The notes: generated by a model from the letters alone, not told the origin. A stretch of 64,000 bases of DNA from an uncultured Nitrososphaerales archaeon (GCA_963709405.1 CAVPXM010000038.1:64001-128000); one strand, 5' to 3'; shown: positions 46,995-57,942, numbered from the stretch's first letter. A program made the numbers and translations.

Positions 46995-47270
46995 CTTTCT
47001 CTTTAGAACAAGCTTAGTCTTTAGATTTTCTCGTAGCAAACACATCTTGTCGAAACTGCAAGTGTGAAAGGGATCTAGCATCAATGCCATTTACGATGTT
47101 CAAAACTCGAGATATTTAATCTGTTAACTAATTAAAATTTCAATCAAGATCCAACAGAAAATAACTACATAATCTCCAATATTATATGAATTATATACCG
47201 TAGCAATTATAGGGTTAGTGCACCTCTTCATAATGCTAAAATAAAAAAGAAAAAATTTTGGGAATTCGGC

Positions 47271-47411
47271 TTATCTGGCCCGCCGTGCAGCAGATGCAAT
47301 AACATATGCTAGACCCACAGCCAAACCGAATGTCAATGGAATCCAGACACCAAAGCTATCAACACTGAAAGGCACTATTTGCTGCAACAGACTTTCGAAT
47401 ACCATATTCAT
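47271..47411 (-). CDS. Small single-pass membrane protein (46 aa) below the ORF-track cutoff
   Basis: MNMVFESLLQQIVPFSVDSFGVWIPLTFGLAVGLAYVIASAARRAR*; followed by a T-rich tract (47241-47255 on the minus strand). Confidence 0.7.
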   Translation of the reverse strand: MNMVFESLLQQIVPFSVDSFGVWIPLTFGLAVGLAYVIASAARRAR

Positions 47412-47607
47412 GGAATAGAGTATTTAGTATATTAGATTTACTCAAACCCCTAAAGAGTTAATCCGATAGTCATTTTGGCCTACGTATACTTACTCTTATC
47501 TAAAGCACGTCCTGGAAGGTTATTATGCGTCTTGGCTGCGAAAATTCGAGATCAAGCACCAACGACGCTGTCCTTAAATTACGGATAATCGGACACTTTA
47601 TAAATAT

Positions 47608-47886
47608 ATGAAAATGAAGAAGGAGTATAATAAATTCTGTCCCAAATGTAAGAAATATACTATTCAAGCTGTTGCAATTTATAAAAAGGGCAAGGATAGA
47701 AAAGTTGCAGAAGGTGCGCGAAGGCATGCTGAAGATAAAAAGGGTTATGGAGGACAAAAATTTCCAGAACTCAAACGTACTGCAAAGACATCTAAGAAAA
47801 TTACGTTGCGTTATACTTGTAAGAGTTGCCAAAGAAAAACTATGAAGAATGGGATGAGGATACGCAAGTTGGAAATCCTATCGTAA
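47608..47886 (+). CDS. rpl44e: 50S ribosomal protein L44e
   Basis: 'FCPKCKKYT', 'GYGGQKFP', 'AKTSKKITL..TCKSC'. Confidence 0.96.
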   Translation: MKMKKEYNKFCPKCKKYTIQAVAIYKKGKDRKVAEGARRHAEDKKGYGGQKFPELKRTAKTSKKITLRYTCKSCQRKTMKNGMRIRKLEILS

Positions 47887-47900
47887 GTTGGGATGAGAGT

Positions 47901-48098
47901 ATGCGCAGAAATAATATCATGGTTCCAAAACCACAGAGTAATTTCCTCTCCATCCAGTGTTTAAATTGTGGAGAAAAGAGGGTTATCTTCACCTATACTA
48001 CAATGGATATTCAATGCAAAGCTTGTGGTCAATTAATCGCAAAAAAGACTGGCGGTAAAGCCAATATTACGGGAAAAGCCTTGTCAATACTTGATTAG
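47901..48098 (+). CDS. rps27e: 30S ribosomal protein S27e
   Basis: 'PKPQSNFLSIQCLNCGE...CKACGQLIAKKTGGKA'; follows rpl44e. Confidence 0.95.
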   Translation: MRRNNIMVPKPQSNFLSIQCLNCGEKRVIFTYTTMDIQCKACGQLIAKKTGGKANITGKALSILD

Positions 48099-48721
48099 TT
48101 CCGATTGTATGACCTATTTGCAAGCTCGAGGTCCTTTTTGGTATTTACATTGATTGCTATCTCTTTTTCATTCATCAGCAAATAACATTCCGACAATCCT
48201 TGGTTTTTATGTTTGACTCCTGAAGAATCAATCACTGTAATGCCAGAATGACAATAATCAACATTATCTTCACATATTATTACACTCGGTTTTATGCCTA
48301 TACTTTCCACAAATTTTTTTTCCAGTATTACTGAGATGCAAGGTGCATCCTTAGGACAGTTCGTAACTATTTTCTTTATTATTTTTGCATTTATAAATGG
48401 AAGATCCGCTCCCAAGAAGAATAACTTAGAAGGCCTCAAATACTCGACAAGTCGCATCAGATCGAATGAATAACCCATCCCAGCCGACTCAATGACCTTG
48501 ATATTATAAAAGCTGCCATAATTGTCGTACACAAAATCTCTTGTCATTGGAGTATTTGGACTGGGCACTACTATTACCCTTTCAAACTGTAAAGATGCTA
48601 TCAAGGCGTCTACAACATACTCTATCAATGTCTTTCCTAGTACCATTCTTAATGGTTTCTCAATTTTGGTAAAATCGTCCATACGCGTACCTTTTCCTCC
48701 ACACATTACCACTGCAATCAT
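48095..48721 (-). CDS. cobY: Adenosylcobinamide-phosphate guanylyltransferase (CobY-type NTP transferase)
   Basis: 'MCGGKGTRM...EKPL', 'ADLP', 'INVNT'; position in the cob operon. Confidence 0.85.
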   Translation of the reverse strand: MIAVVMCGGKGTRMDDFTKIEKPLRMVLGKTLIEYVVDALIASLQFERVIVVPSPNTPMTRDFVYDNYGSFYNIKVIESAGMGYSFDLMRLVEYLRPSKLFFLGADLPFINAKIIKKIVTNCPKDAPCISVILEKKFVESIGIKPSVIICEDNVDYCHSGITVIDSSGVKHKNQGLSECYLLMNEKEIAINVNTKKDLELANRSYNRN

Positions 48722-48735
48722 ACCGTTCTACTCGC

Positions 48736-49497
48736 CTAGAGTGTTGCGACACACGATAGGACAACAAGTGATGAAAGTCTAACTAGCTCGTTTGAGGCAC
48801 CAAGCACATCACCAGATATTCCTCCAAAGCTCCTTTTTGATACGTATCCAAGGATGGCTGCGACAGCAAGGGATATGCCTAGAGCCGCAAAACTCCAGTA
48901 GCTTCCAACTAAGAATATTATTGAAAGCATCATAACCGTAGCGAGCAAAAATCTTCTCTTGTTCTTCATTGCACGTGTGAAAGGAGAACTAAACCCATCC
49001 CAGGCAGATGATCCACAATAAGCATGTAATACCATTGCATATTTAGCAAGTACCTCTGCGATGACAATGCTAGTAAATAGTCTTATTGTATGATACAGGC
49101 TCGATAATGTAATCACCATTCCCACAATATACAAAATTAATGCAATAGCGCCAGCAGAACCAATAGCAGGATCGCGCATCGCCTTCTGTTTAACTTCAAT
49201 TCGACCCTTAGCTCCCAAACCGTCAGCAAAATCTGCAAGCGCATCAGTGTGACTTGCCCCAGTTATAATGATAATACTGGCGGTTATTAAGAGGCCCACC
49301 AGTTGAGGTTGGAGAAGGAAAGAAATTTCATATGCCAAACATCCGATGATTGCTCCAATAATTGTTCCTACTAATGGAAAAAGATACATATTTGTTGCGA
49401 TATAATTTAAGTCTAACATTCTTGTAGATTCATTCTTGGAGTAGGAAGGAATAATAGTTAAAAATGAAATTACGGCTCGCAATGAGCTAAGGACCAA
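48736..49497 (-). CDS. cobS: Adenosylcobinamide-GDP ribazoletransferase (cobalamin synthase)
   Basis: 'FLTIIP', 'TGASHTDALADFADG', 'MRDPAIG', 'FGGISGDVLGA'. Confidence 0.95.
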   Translation of the reverse strand: MVLSSLRAVISFLTIIPSYSKNESTRMLDLNYIATNMYLFPLVGTIIGAIIGCLAYEISFLLQPQLVGLLITASIIIITGASHTDALADFADGLGAKGRIEVKQKAMRDPAIGSAGAIALILYIVGMVITLSSLYHTIRLFTSIVIAEVLAKYAMVLHAYCGSSAWDGFSSPFTRAMKNKRRFLLATVMMLSIIFLVGSYWSFAALGISLAVAAILGYVSKRSFGGISGDVLGASNELVRLSSLVVLSCVATL

Positions 49498-50494
49498 ATA
49501 AGAAATTCCACCAGCCTAAAACATAAAATATGAGTATCATTGGAATAGACATAATAAAGCAAAATAAGATGGCCGTTAATTTCATTATAGCGATCGCACA
49601 TTTACACTTCTCGATCGATAGAGGATCGTAGGGATCACCCACCGAGTAATGGCCAATCTTTTCAAGTTTTACGCGTAGGGAACCAGCCATGGAAGAAATT
49701 GGATAACCTGCATTTACGCTCAATGTTTTGTCATGATCCCTTTTCATTATTCTTATGGAATTCTTCCAATCTGCTGAAAGCAGTAGAGAAGACATCACAA
49801 TTAATACCCCTGTTAGTCTAGCTGGGACATAATTAGCAATCGTATCCAGTTTTGCAGACATCCACCCAATATTTTCATAGTATTTGTCTTTATAGCCTAT
49901 CATCGAGTCGAGTGTATTAATTATTCTAAAAATAAAAGATCCTGTAGGTCCAAAGAGCGAATAAAAGAACATCGGTGATACGACACCATCTACAGTACTT
50001 TCGCTAATACACTCAATCGTTCCTGAAAGGATGCGCTGCTCATCTAAATTTTCTGTTTCTCTTCGTACGATCATGGAGAGGCAATATCGTGCATTATTTA
50101 AATCTCTTCTTTCCAATGCCTTCATTATTTTAGCACTATGCACTTCCATCCCCTTTATTGCGATGGTAATCTTTAAGATTATTGCATAAATAATTATTAC
50201 AAGAAAAGAACCAAATAAATGGGAGCTTACATACAGGCATAGTTGTAAAATATAACCAAATATTCCTAATAAACAGAACACGAAAATGGCTCCTTTTAAT
50301 TTTTCCTTCATTATATGCCATGTACCTTCGACATCATAATGATCAGCGGTAGTCTTTACTTTTAATAGTGGGATGAAGAAATCAATAAAGTTTCCTAGCC
50401 ATCTTACTGGGTGGTACTTGTTTTTCGGTTCACCAAATAAGAAATCTAGCACCATCACCAATATGAGTGCAATTACCAGGCTTTCTTCTATCAT
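49487..50494 (-). CDS. cbiB: Adenosylcobinamide-phosphate synthase
   Basis: 'GEPKNKYHPVRWLG', 'ESTVDGVVSPMF', 'INTLDSMIGYK', 'NYVPARLT', 'NAGYP'. Confidence 0.95.
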   Translation of the reverse strand: MIEESLVIALILVMVLDFLFGEPKNKYHPVRWLGNFIDFFIPLLKVKTTADHYDVEGTWHIMKEKLKGAIFVFCLLGIFGYILQLCLYVSSHLFGSFLVIIIYAIILKITIAIKGMEVHSAKIMKALERRDLNNARYCLSMIVRRETENLDEQRILSGTIECISESTVDGVVSPMFFYSLFGPTGSFIFRIINTLDSMIGYKDKYYENIGWMSAKLDTIANYVPARLTGVLIVMSSLLLSADWKNSIRIMKRDHDKTLSVNAGYPISSMAGSLRVKLEKIGHYSVGDPYDPLSIEKCKCAIAIMKLTAILFCFIMSIPMILIFYVLGWWNFLFGP

Positions 50495-51351
50495 ATCATA
50501 CTTAGCCTTATGACATCTCTCATTACTTTTCGAATGTCAATTCTATCACGTACTACGTCTGCTATAAGATCTATGTTTTTATCGACAGATATGTTGGAAA
50601 GTGTAATACCATTAGTTTTAACTCCATCTAACGAATCCTCATCAGGTAATTTCAAATCTACTTTCGGGATCACGCCTAATATTTTTTTGCTTATCATTTC
50701 TCCAACTAAGTCTATGGCGGGGATCAGAAGTGCAGTGTCTCCTCTGAACTTGTTAATTATAAATCCCTTTACAAGATTTCTGTGACGACGATTTAGTAAT
50801 TTCATGGTACCTACAATGCTCGAGAAACAACCTCCCCTTTCTATATCTGCTACAATAATTACTGGAGCAGAGACCTTTTCTGCAAGAAGCATATTTGCTA
50901 TATCGTATTTAAAAAGATTGATCTCAGCAGGAGATCCTGCACCTTCAATGACCACGATATCATTTTCCTTTCTTAAACCTTCTAAAGAATTTAAAACGAG
51001 TGGAAAACCATTTTGCATGACAAAATTTTCGTAGTATTCCCTAGAACCGATCGTTGAATTGAATCGACCTGCTAAAATGAGATCACTTTTATAATCTCCG
51101 ACTGGTTTTAACAAAATAGGATTCATTCTTGTATCTGGTAATTTTCTTGATGCTAATGCCTGCACGGCTTGTGCCTGTGCAATAATATCAGTGGTTCCAG
51201 AAATAGTGTGAAGGTTGGAAGACATATTTTGTGCTTTGAATGGAACTACATTGTATCCTTCATCTGAGAGGATTCTGCAAAACGCAGTTGTGATAATACT
51301 TTTTCCTGAACCAGAAGTAGTTCCTTGTATCATTAGTAGTTTTGCCTTCAT
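50491..51351 (-). CDS. cbiP: Cobyric acid synthase, synthetase domain only
   Basis: 'MIQGTTSGSGKS', 'PFKAQNMS', 'MNPILLKP', 'EGAGSPAEINL', 'DIERGG', 'INKFRGD', 'PDEDS'; ends about 35 aa later with no glutaminase domain. Confidence 0.9.
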   Translation of the reverse strand: MKAKLLMIQGTTSGSGKSIITTAFCRILSDEGYNVVPFKAQNMSSNLHTISGTTDIIAQAQAVQALASRKLPDTRMNPILLKPVGDYKSDLILAGRFNSTIGSREYYENFVMQNGFPLVLNSLEGLRKENDIVVIEGAGSPAEINLFKYDIANMLLAEKVSAPVIIVADIERGGCFSSIVGTMKLLNRRHRNLVKGFIINKFRGDTALLIPAIDLVGEMISKKILGVIPKVDLKLPDEDSLDGVKTNGITLSNISVDKNIDLIADVVRDRIDIRKVMRDVIRLSMI

Positions 51352-52422
51352 ACATCTATCGATTCCAAGGCCTGAAGGAGACATGCATTGTCGTTATGTG
51401 TCTTTACAGAAACTCTAATATATTCTCCTGATTCCAATCCATTGAATGTAATACAATCTCGAACAAGTATTCCATACCGAATCAGGAGGGTATTTCTCAG
51501 TCTGGTCGATTTGATATTTTTTAGATGTATCAAAAAATAATTCACATTAGAAATAATAGGGACAAACGATTTCGTTTTTCTTTTGATATGGGTTTGCATA
51601 AATTTTCTTTCTCTTTCGATTAATGTTCTGGCTTTTGTCAAATGACTCGAGTCTTTTAGAGCACAGATAGCTGCCCTTTTGTGCAATCCCATTTACATGC
51701 CAAGGTATTTGATATGAGGATAATTTCTTGCCTAGTTTTGGGTTGCATATACCATATCCTACTCTCAAACCAGCAAGACCGAAAGATTTTGTCAACGATC
51801 GAATGATTACCAAGTTATCAAATTCCTCGATTTTTTCGACTAAAGAATCACACTTACCTCCATTGGGTACTAATTCTATGAACGACTCATCCAATAGGAT
51901 GATCGTAGGATATTTAACGTATTCCAAAATTTTCTTAATACTATTTGATGAAAGTAAGCCAGTAGGGTTGTTTGGATTACATAAGTATATAGCATCAGAA
52001 TCTTTTGCCTTTTCAATAATGGAGTCAGCCTCTATATTCAAATTTTGAAGTGGCACAAATGTAATTTGTGCATTCAGTAGTTTAGACGCAAGTTCGTATT
52101 CACAAAAGGTGGGTGCTGGGATAACCACCTTATTGCGTACGAATGCCCTAGCGAAATTATGGATTATCTCTATTGCCCCATTTCCGACATTTATCCATTC
52201 CGAGTTTAGATCTTTCCGCAAATATTCCAATATCCCTATTTTTAGTTCCCTGCAATCTGGATCAGGATAGACTGAAGACAAGGAATCAATATTCTTATGA
52301 ATGGATTTTAGAACAACCTTCGAGATACCCAAGGGATTGACACTCGAGCTGAAATCTAACTTGACGAGGCTAGGATTAACAGAGTAAATCCCTCCATGGA
52401 TACAGCTATTTCCCATGTCCAA
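51348..52422 (-). CDS. cobD: L-threonine-O-3-phosphate decarboxylase (PLP class I/II); 1-nt frameshift at 51674-51676
   Basis: 'HGG', 'DFSSSVNPLG', 'CNPNNPTG', 'DESF', 'RSLTKSFGLAGLRVGY'; C-terminus 'ILVRDC..F.GL...YIRVSV' in ORF 51348-51692. Confidence 0.88.
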
Positions 52423-52576
52423 TATTACTAATAGATTTAGATATGTTTATGTTTGTGATAACACCAAATAATGTCAAAACTGCCAATCGCATCGCATTGC
52501 CATCTAATCTTGCTAAGATGGAATGAAATGTGGCTTTGAAAACGATTATTAAATGTACGTAAGCTAATGCGGATTT

Positions 52577-53653
52577 ATGCAAAGAATAGCTGTATTAGGA
52601 GCTACTGGTGCGGTAGGGCAGGAATTTGTAGTATCACTAAATAAGCATCCTTGGTTTGAATTAACGCAGGTCGCTTCATCTGCTAGATCTGCCGGTAAGA
52701 AGTATATAGATGCATTACGAGATCCTGCCTCAGGGATATTAAAATGGCACAACCCTGAACCAATCCCGGAATACATGCAGGATATGGTTATTAGTAAAAT
52801 AGAAGACATAGATCCAGAAAAATTTGATCTAATATTTACTGCTCTAAACTCTGATGACGCACAAACAATAGAGCCTGATTTTGCACGATCAGTACCGGTA
52901 ATCAGTACTGCTCCAGCATTTAGGTATGAAAATGACGTCCCTATTTTGATTCCAGGTATTAACGATGAACACATAGAAATACTAGATATTCAGAAAAAAA
53001 ATAGAAATTGGAATGGATTTATTGCTCCTTTGCCAAATTGCACAACCACGGGTCTTGCAATTACATTAAAGCCCATTATGGATAAATATGGCGTGGAAAG
53101 TGTATTTATGACGTCCTTGCAAGCATTGTCTGGTGCTGGTAGGTCACCCGGTGTAATTGCTCTTGATATAATGGATAACGTTATTCCGTATATCCCAAAG
53201 GAGGAGGAAAAAGTTCAAATCGAAACAAAAAAAATTCTCGGTGAATTGAATCAAACATCAATTGTACCAAATAATATAAAGGTTAGTTGCACATGCATGA
53301 GAGTTCCGGTTTCAGATGGTCATACCGAGTCTGTATTTGTAGAAACTAAAGAATCGGTAGATCCACACATGATAAAAAAAGAAATGCTAAAATTCTCGAA
53401 AAATGTATCGATTAAGGAGTTACCCACTGCACCAAAAGACTATATCATTGTCCACGATGATCCTACTAGACCACAGCCGCGTATAGACAGAGAAATTAAT
53501 GACGGAATGACTACTGTTGTAGGTAGAATAAGAAAAGACACTGTTTTTGAAAATGGAATAAAGTATGTTCTACTCTCCCATAATGAAAAAATGGGCTCTG
53601 CAAAAGGTGCAGTTCTACTTGCAGAACTTTTGAAACGCAAAAATATTATCTAA
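52577..53653 (+). CDS. asd: Aspartate-semialdehyde dehydrogenase (archaeal type)
   Basis: 'LGATGAVGQ', 'PNCTT', 'QALSGAG', 'RVPVSDGH', 'RPQPR', 'HN..MGSAKGA'. Confidence 0.93.
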   Translation: MQRIAVLGATGAVGQEFVVSLNKHPWFELTQVASSARSAGKKYIDALRDPASGILKWHNPEPIPEYMQDMVISKIEDIDPEKFDLIFTALNSDDAQTIEPDFARSVPVISTAPAFRYENDVPILIPGINDEHIEILDIQKKNRNWNGFIAPLPNCTTTGLAITLKPIMDKYGVESVFMTSLQALSGAGRSPGVIALDIMDNVIPYIPKEEEKVQIETKKILGELNQTSIVPNNIKVSCTCMRVPVSDGHTESVFVETKESVDPHMIKKEMLKFSKNVSIKELPTAPKDYIIVHDDPTRPQPRIDREINDGMTTVVGRIRKDTVFENGIKYVLLSHNEKMGSAKGAVLLAELLKRKNII

Positions 53654-53736
53654 CCTTTTTTATTGTAAAAAATTGTGCTAAATTTGAAATTAATAGGTTT
53701 ATTAATCACTCAATTAGAGTTATAATGGTATAATAA

Positions 53737-54201
53737 ATGGGAAGGATAGATGATTTAGATCTGAAAATTTTAAGTGAGCTTGCTAGAGATGCAAGTATCT
53801 CGGTACCAAAGCTTTCAAAAAGGATTAATGTCAATGCTTCTGTTGTTTATAGCAGAATAAAACGTCTTTCCAAAAGAGGCCTTATCAAAAAATTTACTAT
53901 TATGATCAATGACGAGGCGTTAGGCTTTAATGTAAAAGCACTTACTGGTGTTAACATGGATTCAAAAATGAGAGACAATGTCCTCAGTGAGCTATTTAAG
54001 ATATCAGAAGTGAGAGAAGTTGCAGAGGTTACAGGAAGATTTGATATTCTGGTAACTATGACCGCTCGTTCCCTTGATGAGATGCACCAGTTGATTTCTG
54101 AAAGGGTAGGACGGATAGAAGGAGTTCAGAAAACAGAAACCTTTATAGAAATGAGAAAAACAGTACGCGAAATTCTTTACTCAACGCCCATATCCCAATA
54201 G
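53737..54201 (+). CDS. Lrp/AsnC-family transcriptional regulator
   Basis: 'IDDLDLKILSEL..DA' HTH; RAM domain 'EVTGRFDI'. Confidence 0.93.
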   Translation: MGRIDDLDLKILSELARDASISVPKLSKRINVNASVVYSRIKRLSKRGLIKKFTIMINDEALGFNVKALTGVNMDSKMRDNVLSELFKISEVREVAEVTGRFDILVTMTARSLDEMHQLISERVGRIEGVQKTETFIEMRKTVREILYSTPISQ

Positions 54202-54275
54202 ATTATTGTTTTTTGGAAAGATATATGTAATATATTAGGATAATGCCTTTTATAACAGACTAAAGAAGATCCTAT

Positions 54276-55173
54276 ATGGGTATTTTAATCCCTCAGTCAA
54301 CGGTACGCAATTTATTAAAAAATTATTATGAACTGACTAAACCAAAGATTTGGTATCTATTAGTTTTTACTGCATTTGGTTCTGCACTTACTGCTTCATT
54401 CTTATTTGATATTCCTGTTCGGCCGCTAACTTGGATACTGCTCGTTGGAGGTGTAGCTGCTGGTTCGGCTGCCAGCTGATACCATTACAGGCTACAATGA
54501 TCGAGACATAGATGCAATTATGGAAAGGACCAAACAAAGACCTATTCCTTCAGGAAGGATTTCGCCTAGAAATGCACTTGCATTCGGACTGATCCTTGCC
54601 GCAATTTCTTTAATATGTTCATGGTTAATCAATATCTGGGTTTTTGCGCTGATGATATTTGGATTATTTGATAATATCATAGTTTATAGCAAATGGCTAA
54701 AACGTACTAGCCGGACAAACATAATCCTAGGCGGATTTTCTGGCGGTGCACCAGCTATGATAGGATATGTGGCAGTGACGACACAGAACCTTGAAGTTGG
54801 TCTGGTCATGGCTGGTCTTGTCTTTTTATGGATACCTACGCATATTTGGAGTCTGGCCTTGCATGTTAAAAAGGACTATTTGAAGGCACGAGTTCCGATG
54901 CTACCAGTTGTCTCTACCGAGAGTCAGTCAGTCCGAATAATTGCAGGAACAACACTCCTAATGGTTTTGTTTAGCATTTTCCCTTTTTTCTTTAATCAAT
55001 TCGGCCAAATTTACCTAATCACTGCCTCAACATTTGGCGCGGTTATGATTTTCCTTTCGGTGCGGCTCTTAGTAAAACCTAGTGAAAAAGCATCCTGGTT
55101 GGTGTTCAAGTTTTCAAGTCCATATTTGATGGCGCTATTCATAGCATTTATTGTTGATGCTTACTTTCATTAG
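54276..55173 (+). CDS. ctaB: Protoheme IX farnesyltransferase (heme o synthase); 1-nt frameshift at 54472-54473
   Basis: 'ELTKPKIWYLL' then 'YNDRDIDAIMERTKQRPIPSG', 'YSKWLKR', 'WIPTHIWSLA...DY..A.VPMLP'; removing one C gives AAGSAAADTITGYND. Confidence 0.9.
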
Positions 55174-55227
55174 TTTATTTAGGCCAGATTCATCGCTAAA
55201 CCTAGATAAAGGTGGGTACATATGTTA

Positions 55228-55935
55228 CTAAACTGATAGTGCTTTTTCGCATTCGTAGATTATTCTTGCGATAACTACATGAGACTCTAAGTTGTAGTTA
55301 CCTATCGAGTAAAAGAAATCGAATAATCTTTTTGTATTTTCAGTGAAATGTCCCCTTGGAAAACCGCCTATTATAAATGCGCATTGGTAACAACTTTTAC
55401 TTATGTGCGTGGAGATAATCTTTTCTGGAGTATTTTGAACCCCCATTCTGGAGAGACCTATCACTTTTGAAGGCTTTATAATATTATTTATCAAGTATTC
55501 AAGGGATACATTATTTTGCAGCTTCAGAAGAGTAGCATTATTTTTGCCATCTCGTATAAGGTTGTTTTTGAACAGATCTATCATCAGCCCCTCAAAACGA
55601 GGATAAGACTTTGGTATTCTTAGATTTTCGCCAATATAGACTACTTGATTATTTATCGTTGATACATAAACATTTAACAAGTTTTCTAAGAATAGCGGAG
55701 TAGATAATGCCTCAATTAATGCAAAATGTACGAGATCAGGCCTACCACGTCTCCAGGCAAATTCCAGTTTGTATTTCAGCATTGCAGCATGATGATAACT
55801 TCTATCTAGTAATATTTCTGATGGTTTCTTTCCAAGCTTTTTTGCATAATTTGTTACTGATGGATGATTTATTAGGTCAACAGGTACGGTTTCAAGAGCG
55901 GCCTCGGAAATCACTAGCGATATGGCTTTGGTCAT
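55228..55935 (-). CDS. nep1: 16S rRNA pseudouridine N1-methyltransferase Nep1/Emg1
   Basis: 'EAALETVP', 'LLDRSYHH', 'RGRPDLVH', 'RIPKSY.RF.GL', 'IGGFPRGHF'. Confidence 0.93.
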   Translation of the reverse strand: MTKAISLVISEAALETVPVDLINHPSVTNYAKKLGKKPSEILLDRSYHHAAMLKYKLEFAWRRGRPDLVHFALIEALSTPLFLENLLNVYVSTINNQVVYIGENLRIPKSYPRFEGLMIDLFKNNLIRDGKNNATLLKLQNNVSLEYLINNIIKPSKVIGLSRMGVQNTPEKIISTHISKSCYQCAFIIGGFPRGHFTENTKRLFDFFYSIGNYNLESHVVIARIIYECEKALSV

Positions 55936-56041
55936 TTATCCCAATATAATCTAAAGTTGCTCATAATCTTTCGCGCAAGATCGAAGATATACAATATGTG
56001 TCAATCTCTGTAGAGATTCAAACATGAGAAATATGTGTAAG

Positions 56042-56431
56042 TTAATGCGAATTCTTCGCATGGATTAGCTTCTTGAGTTCCTCTATAGAAGAAGCCATCT
56101 CTTGACGTGCATGCTCCTCATTTCCGATATTAATTAATATTTCCCCTGGTCCAAATTTGGTCTTATTGATCTTGATTGGTACTTCTAAGTGCAATATTTC
56201 AGATAAGAATTCAAAAAGATTTGGGTAAGCGAAGTTGTTAGCATAAATAAAAGATGTTGTTCCCTCGCTGACAATTCCTTCCTTCTCTACTGGAAAAGTA
56301 AAAGATGATGAGCAAAGTGCTTCGACAATGGAATTGGCCATTTTCACCAAGTCAATGTTCGATCTATCATGGCGCTTCAATTCAATATACCCTTTTGCGA
56401 TATTTTCGAGTTTGTTGATTTTTTCCATCAA
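56042..56431 (-). CDS. Conserved hypothetical protein
   Basis: 129-aa ORF with 'YPNLFEFLSEILH..VPI.....FGPGEI'; no function recognised. Confidence 0.65.
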   Translation of the reverse strand: MMEKINKLENIAKGYIELKRHDRSNIDLVKMANSIVEALCSSSFTFPVEKEGIVSEGTTSFIYANNFAYPNLFEFLSEILHLEVPIKINKTKFGPGEILINIGNEEHARQEMASSIEELKKLIHAKNSH

Positions 56432-57218
56432 CTGGTCAATAGTTAATGTTGACTTCTATATACAGATTTTAATATTTATTTTAATACCCTGAGATATCAT
56501 CCGATCGACGTCTTTTGCAAATTAACAAAAGTTCGACTCAAACATTAAGCGATTCTTGCGTGATTCGTTTTCAGTACTACCTCGATCCTACTATAATTCG
56601 ATTCGAACGATCGAGTCACATCGTGTTGTATCTTTGTTGTATCTAAATTCGGCTCCTAAATCCAATACTGTTCTATCGAAACAGAATATATTTAAAAGAA
56701 GTTGTCGAGCTAGACTCGGGCTTTTGAGTTCCATGCATGCTCTATTGAAAGCACGCCAGATTTGATGCAATGTTAGATACATTCATGTTTATGTCCAAAT
56801 AAATTAATTCGAAAGTGAGGCATACGAAATCAGAGTGGGAGTAAGTAAAGTGGTGTACATCTTCAATTCTCAGAATTATGCAATCGATTCCATTTTTCTC
56901 CATGGGTCCTATACACGTAGTCGACAGCCATGCATTCACATTTCTTGCACTTTGCCCAGTATAATACTTTCGAGATATCGTGTGTAATCTACAATTTCCA
57001 CAAACATTCCCAAATCATTAATCTGATCTATTGTAAGCTTCAGTTCAGAATGAATAGATGTTCTATGTGATTTAGATAAAGATTGATGTATCAGGATCAT
57101 TAGCTGGATAAAATTATCAAATAATGGATAGCATGACACTTGATCATTAAAATTAAACGCATCGAGCATTAAATTAACATGAACCAGTATAACGTGTAGA
57201 TATGCACAGAGCGCTCCA

Positions 57219-57428
57219 ATGAATCTAGAGATAATCAATAAATTCCCTGAAAGCGACTATACCATAGTGGATAAATCTAAATGGTGTCTCCAAAACGAAC
57301 ATGGGAATTGTGAGGGTGAGATCACGTTTATCATCGACGGTTCAAAGCTAACAAAAATCTGCGAATGTCAGTGTCATAACAATATGTATCAGTTAATTCG
57401 AAGAATGCACACATTCAATGATTTTTAG
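57219..57428 (+). CDS. Small Cys/His-rich putative metal-binding protein
   Basis: 'WCLQNEHGNC...ICECQCH' (C-x4-H-x2-C...CxCxCH). Confidence 0.55.
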   Translation: MNLEIINKFPESDYTIVDKSKWCLQNEHGNCEGEITFIIDGSKLTKICECQCHNNMYQLIRRMHTFNDF

Positions 57429-57613
57429 TACTTGACTGTCTTAAATGACAACAAATTAACTTTCTGATTTCAAAATATTCTTTATTCTTAAATTGATATT
57501 TTTTATAGGGAGTATCTGACTTGAGGTTCAAAGTGGCTGAGATCACTAAATAATCCTAGAATAGTGATATACGGTAAAGGATTTATTGCTATTTATGCTA
57601 CCTGTTTGTCCGC

Positions 57614-57919
57614 GTGAAAAGAAAATTCGCAAAAGAAATTGGAAAGGAAAGGATAAATATTGTGGTAGCTAGTGCTCTGCATTATTCTAAATTCAATGAA
57701 GATGTGGCAAACGCTCAGGCTCAACTTGCTAAAAAAATTACTATGCGAGTTCGATTAAAACTTCATTATGAAATTCGACAGTTATTTTGTAAAAAATGTA
57801 AAAATTTTATTATTCCTGGGAGAAGCTCCAGAGTTAGAGTCGGCAGATTTAGAGTGAAAGGCATACGAATTACTTGTTTAAGGTGTGGTCATGTTTATAG
57901 AAAGATCATCAAATCATGA
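57614..57919 (+). CDS. rnp4: RNase P protein component 4 (Rpp21)
   Basis: 'ERI', 'FCKKC...IPG', 'TCLRCGHVYR'. Confidence 0.9.
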   Translation: MKRKFAKEIGKERINIVVASALHYSKFNEDVANAQAQLAKKITMRVRLKLHYEIRQLFCKKCKNFIIPGRSSRVRVGRFRVKGIRITCLRCGHVYRKIIKS

Positions 57920-57942
57920 ATTCTCGCTCGTTTCTATTTGAC

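Noticed and set aside
56556-57238. Chain of short overlapping ORFs (56591-56782, 56742-56939, 56936-57238)
   Set aside because: No recognisable motif; could be a decayed gene but cannot be supported
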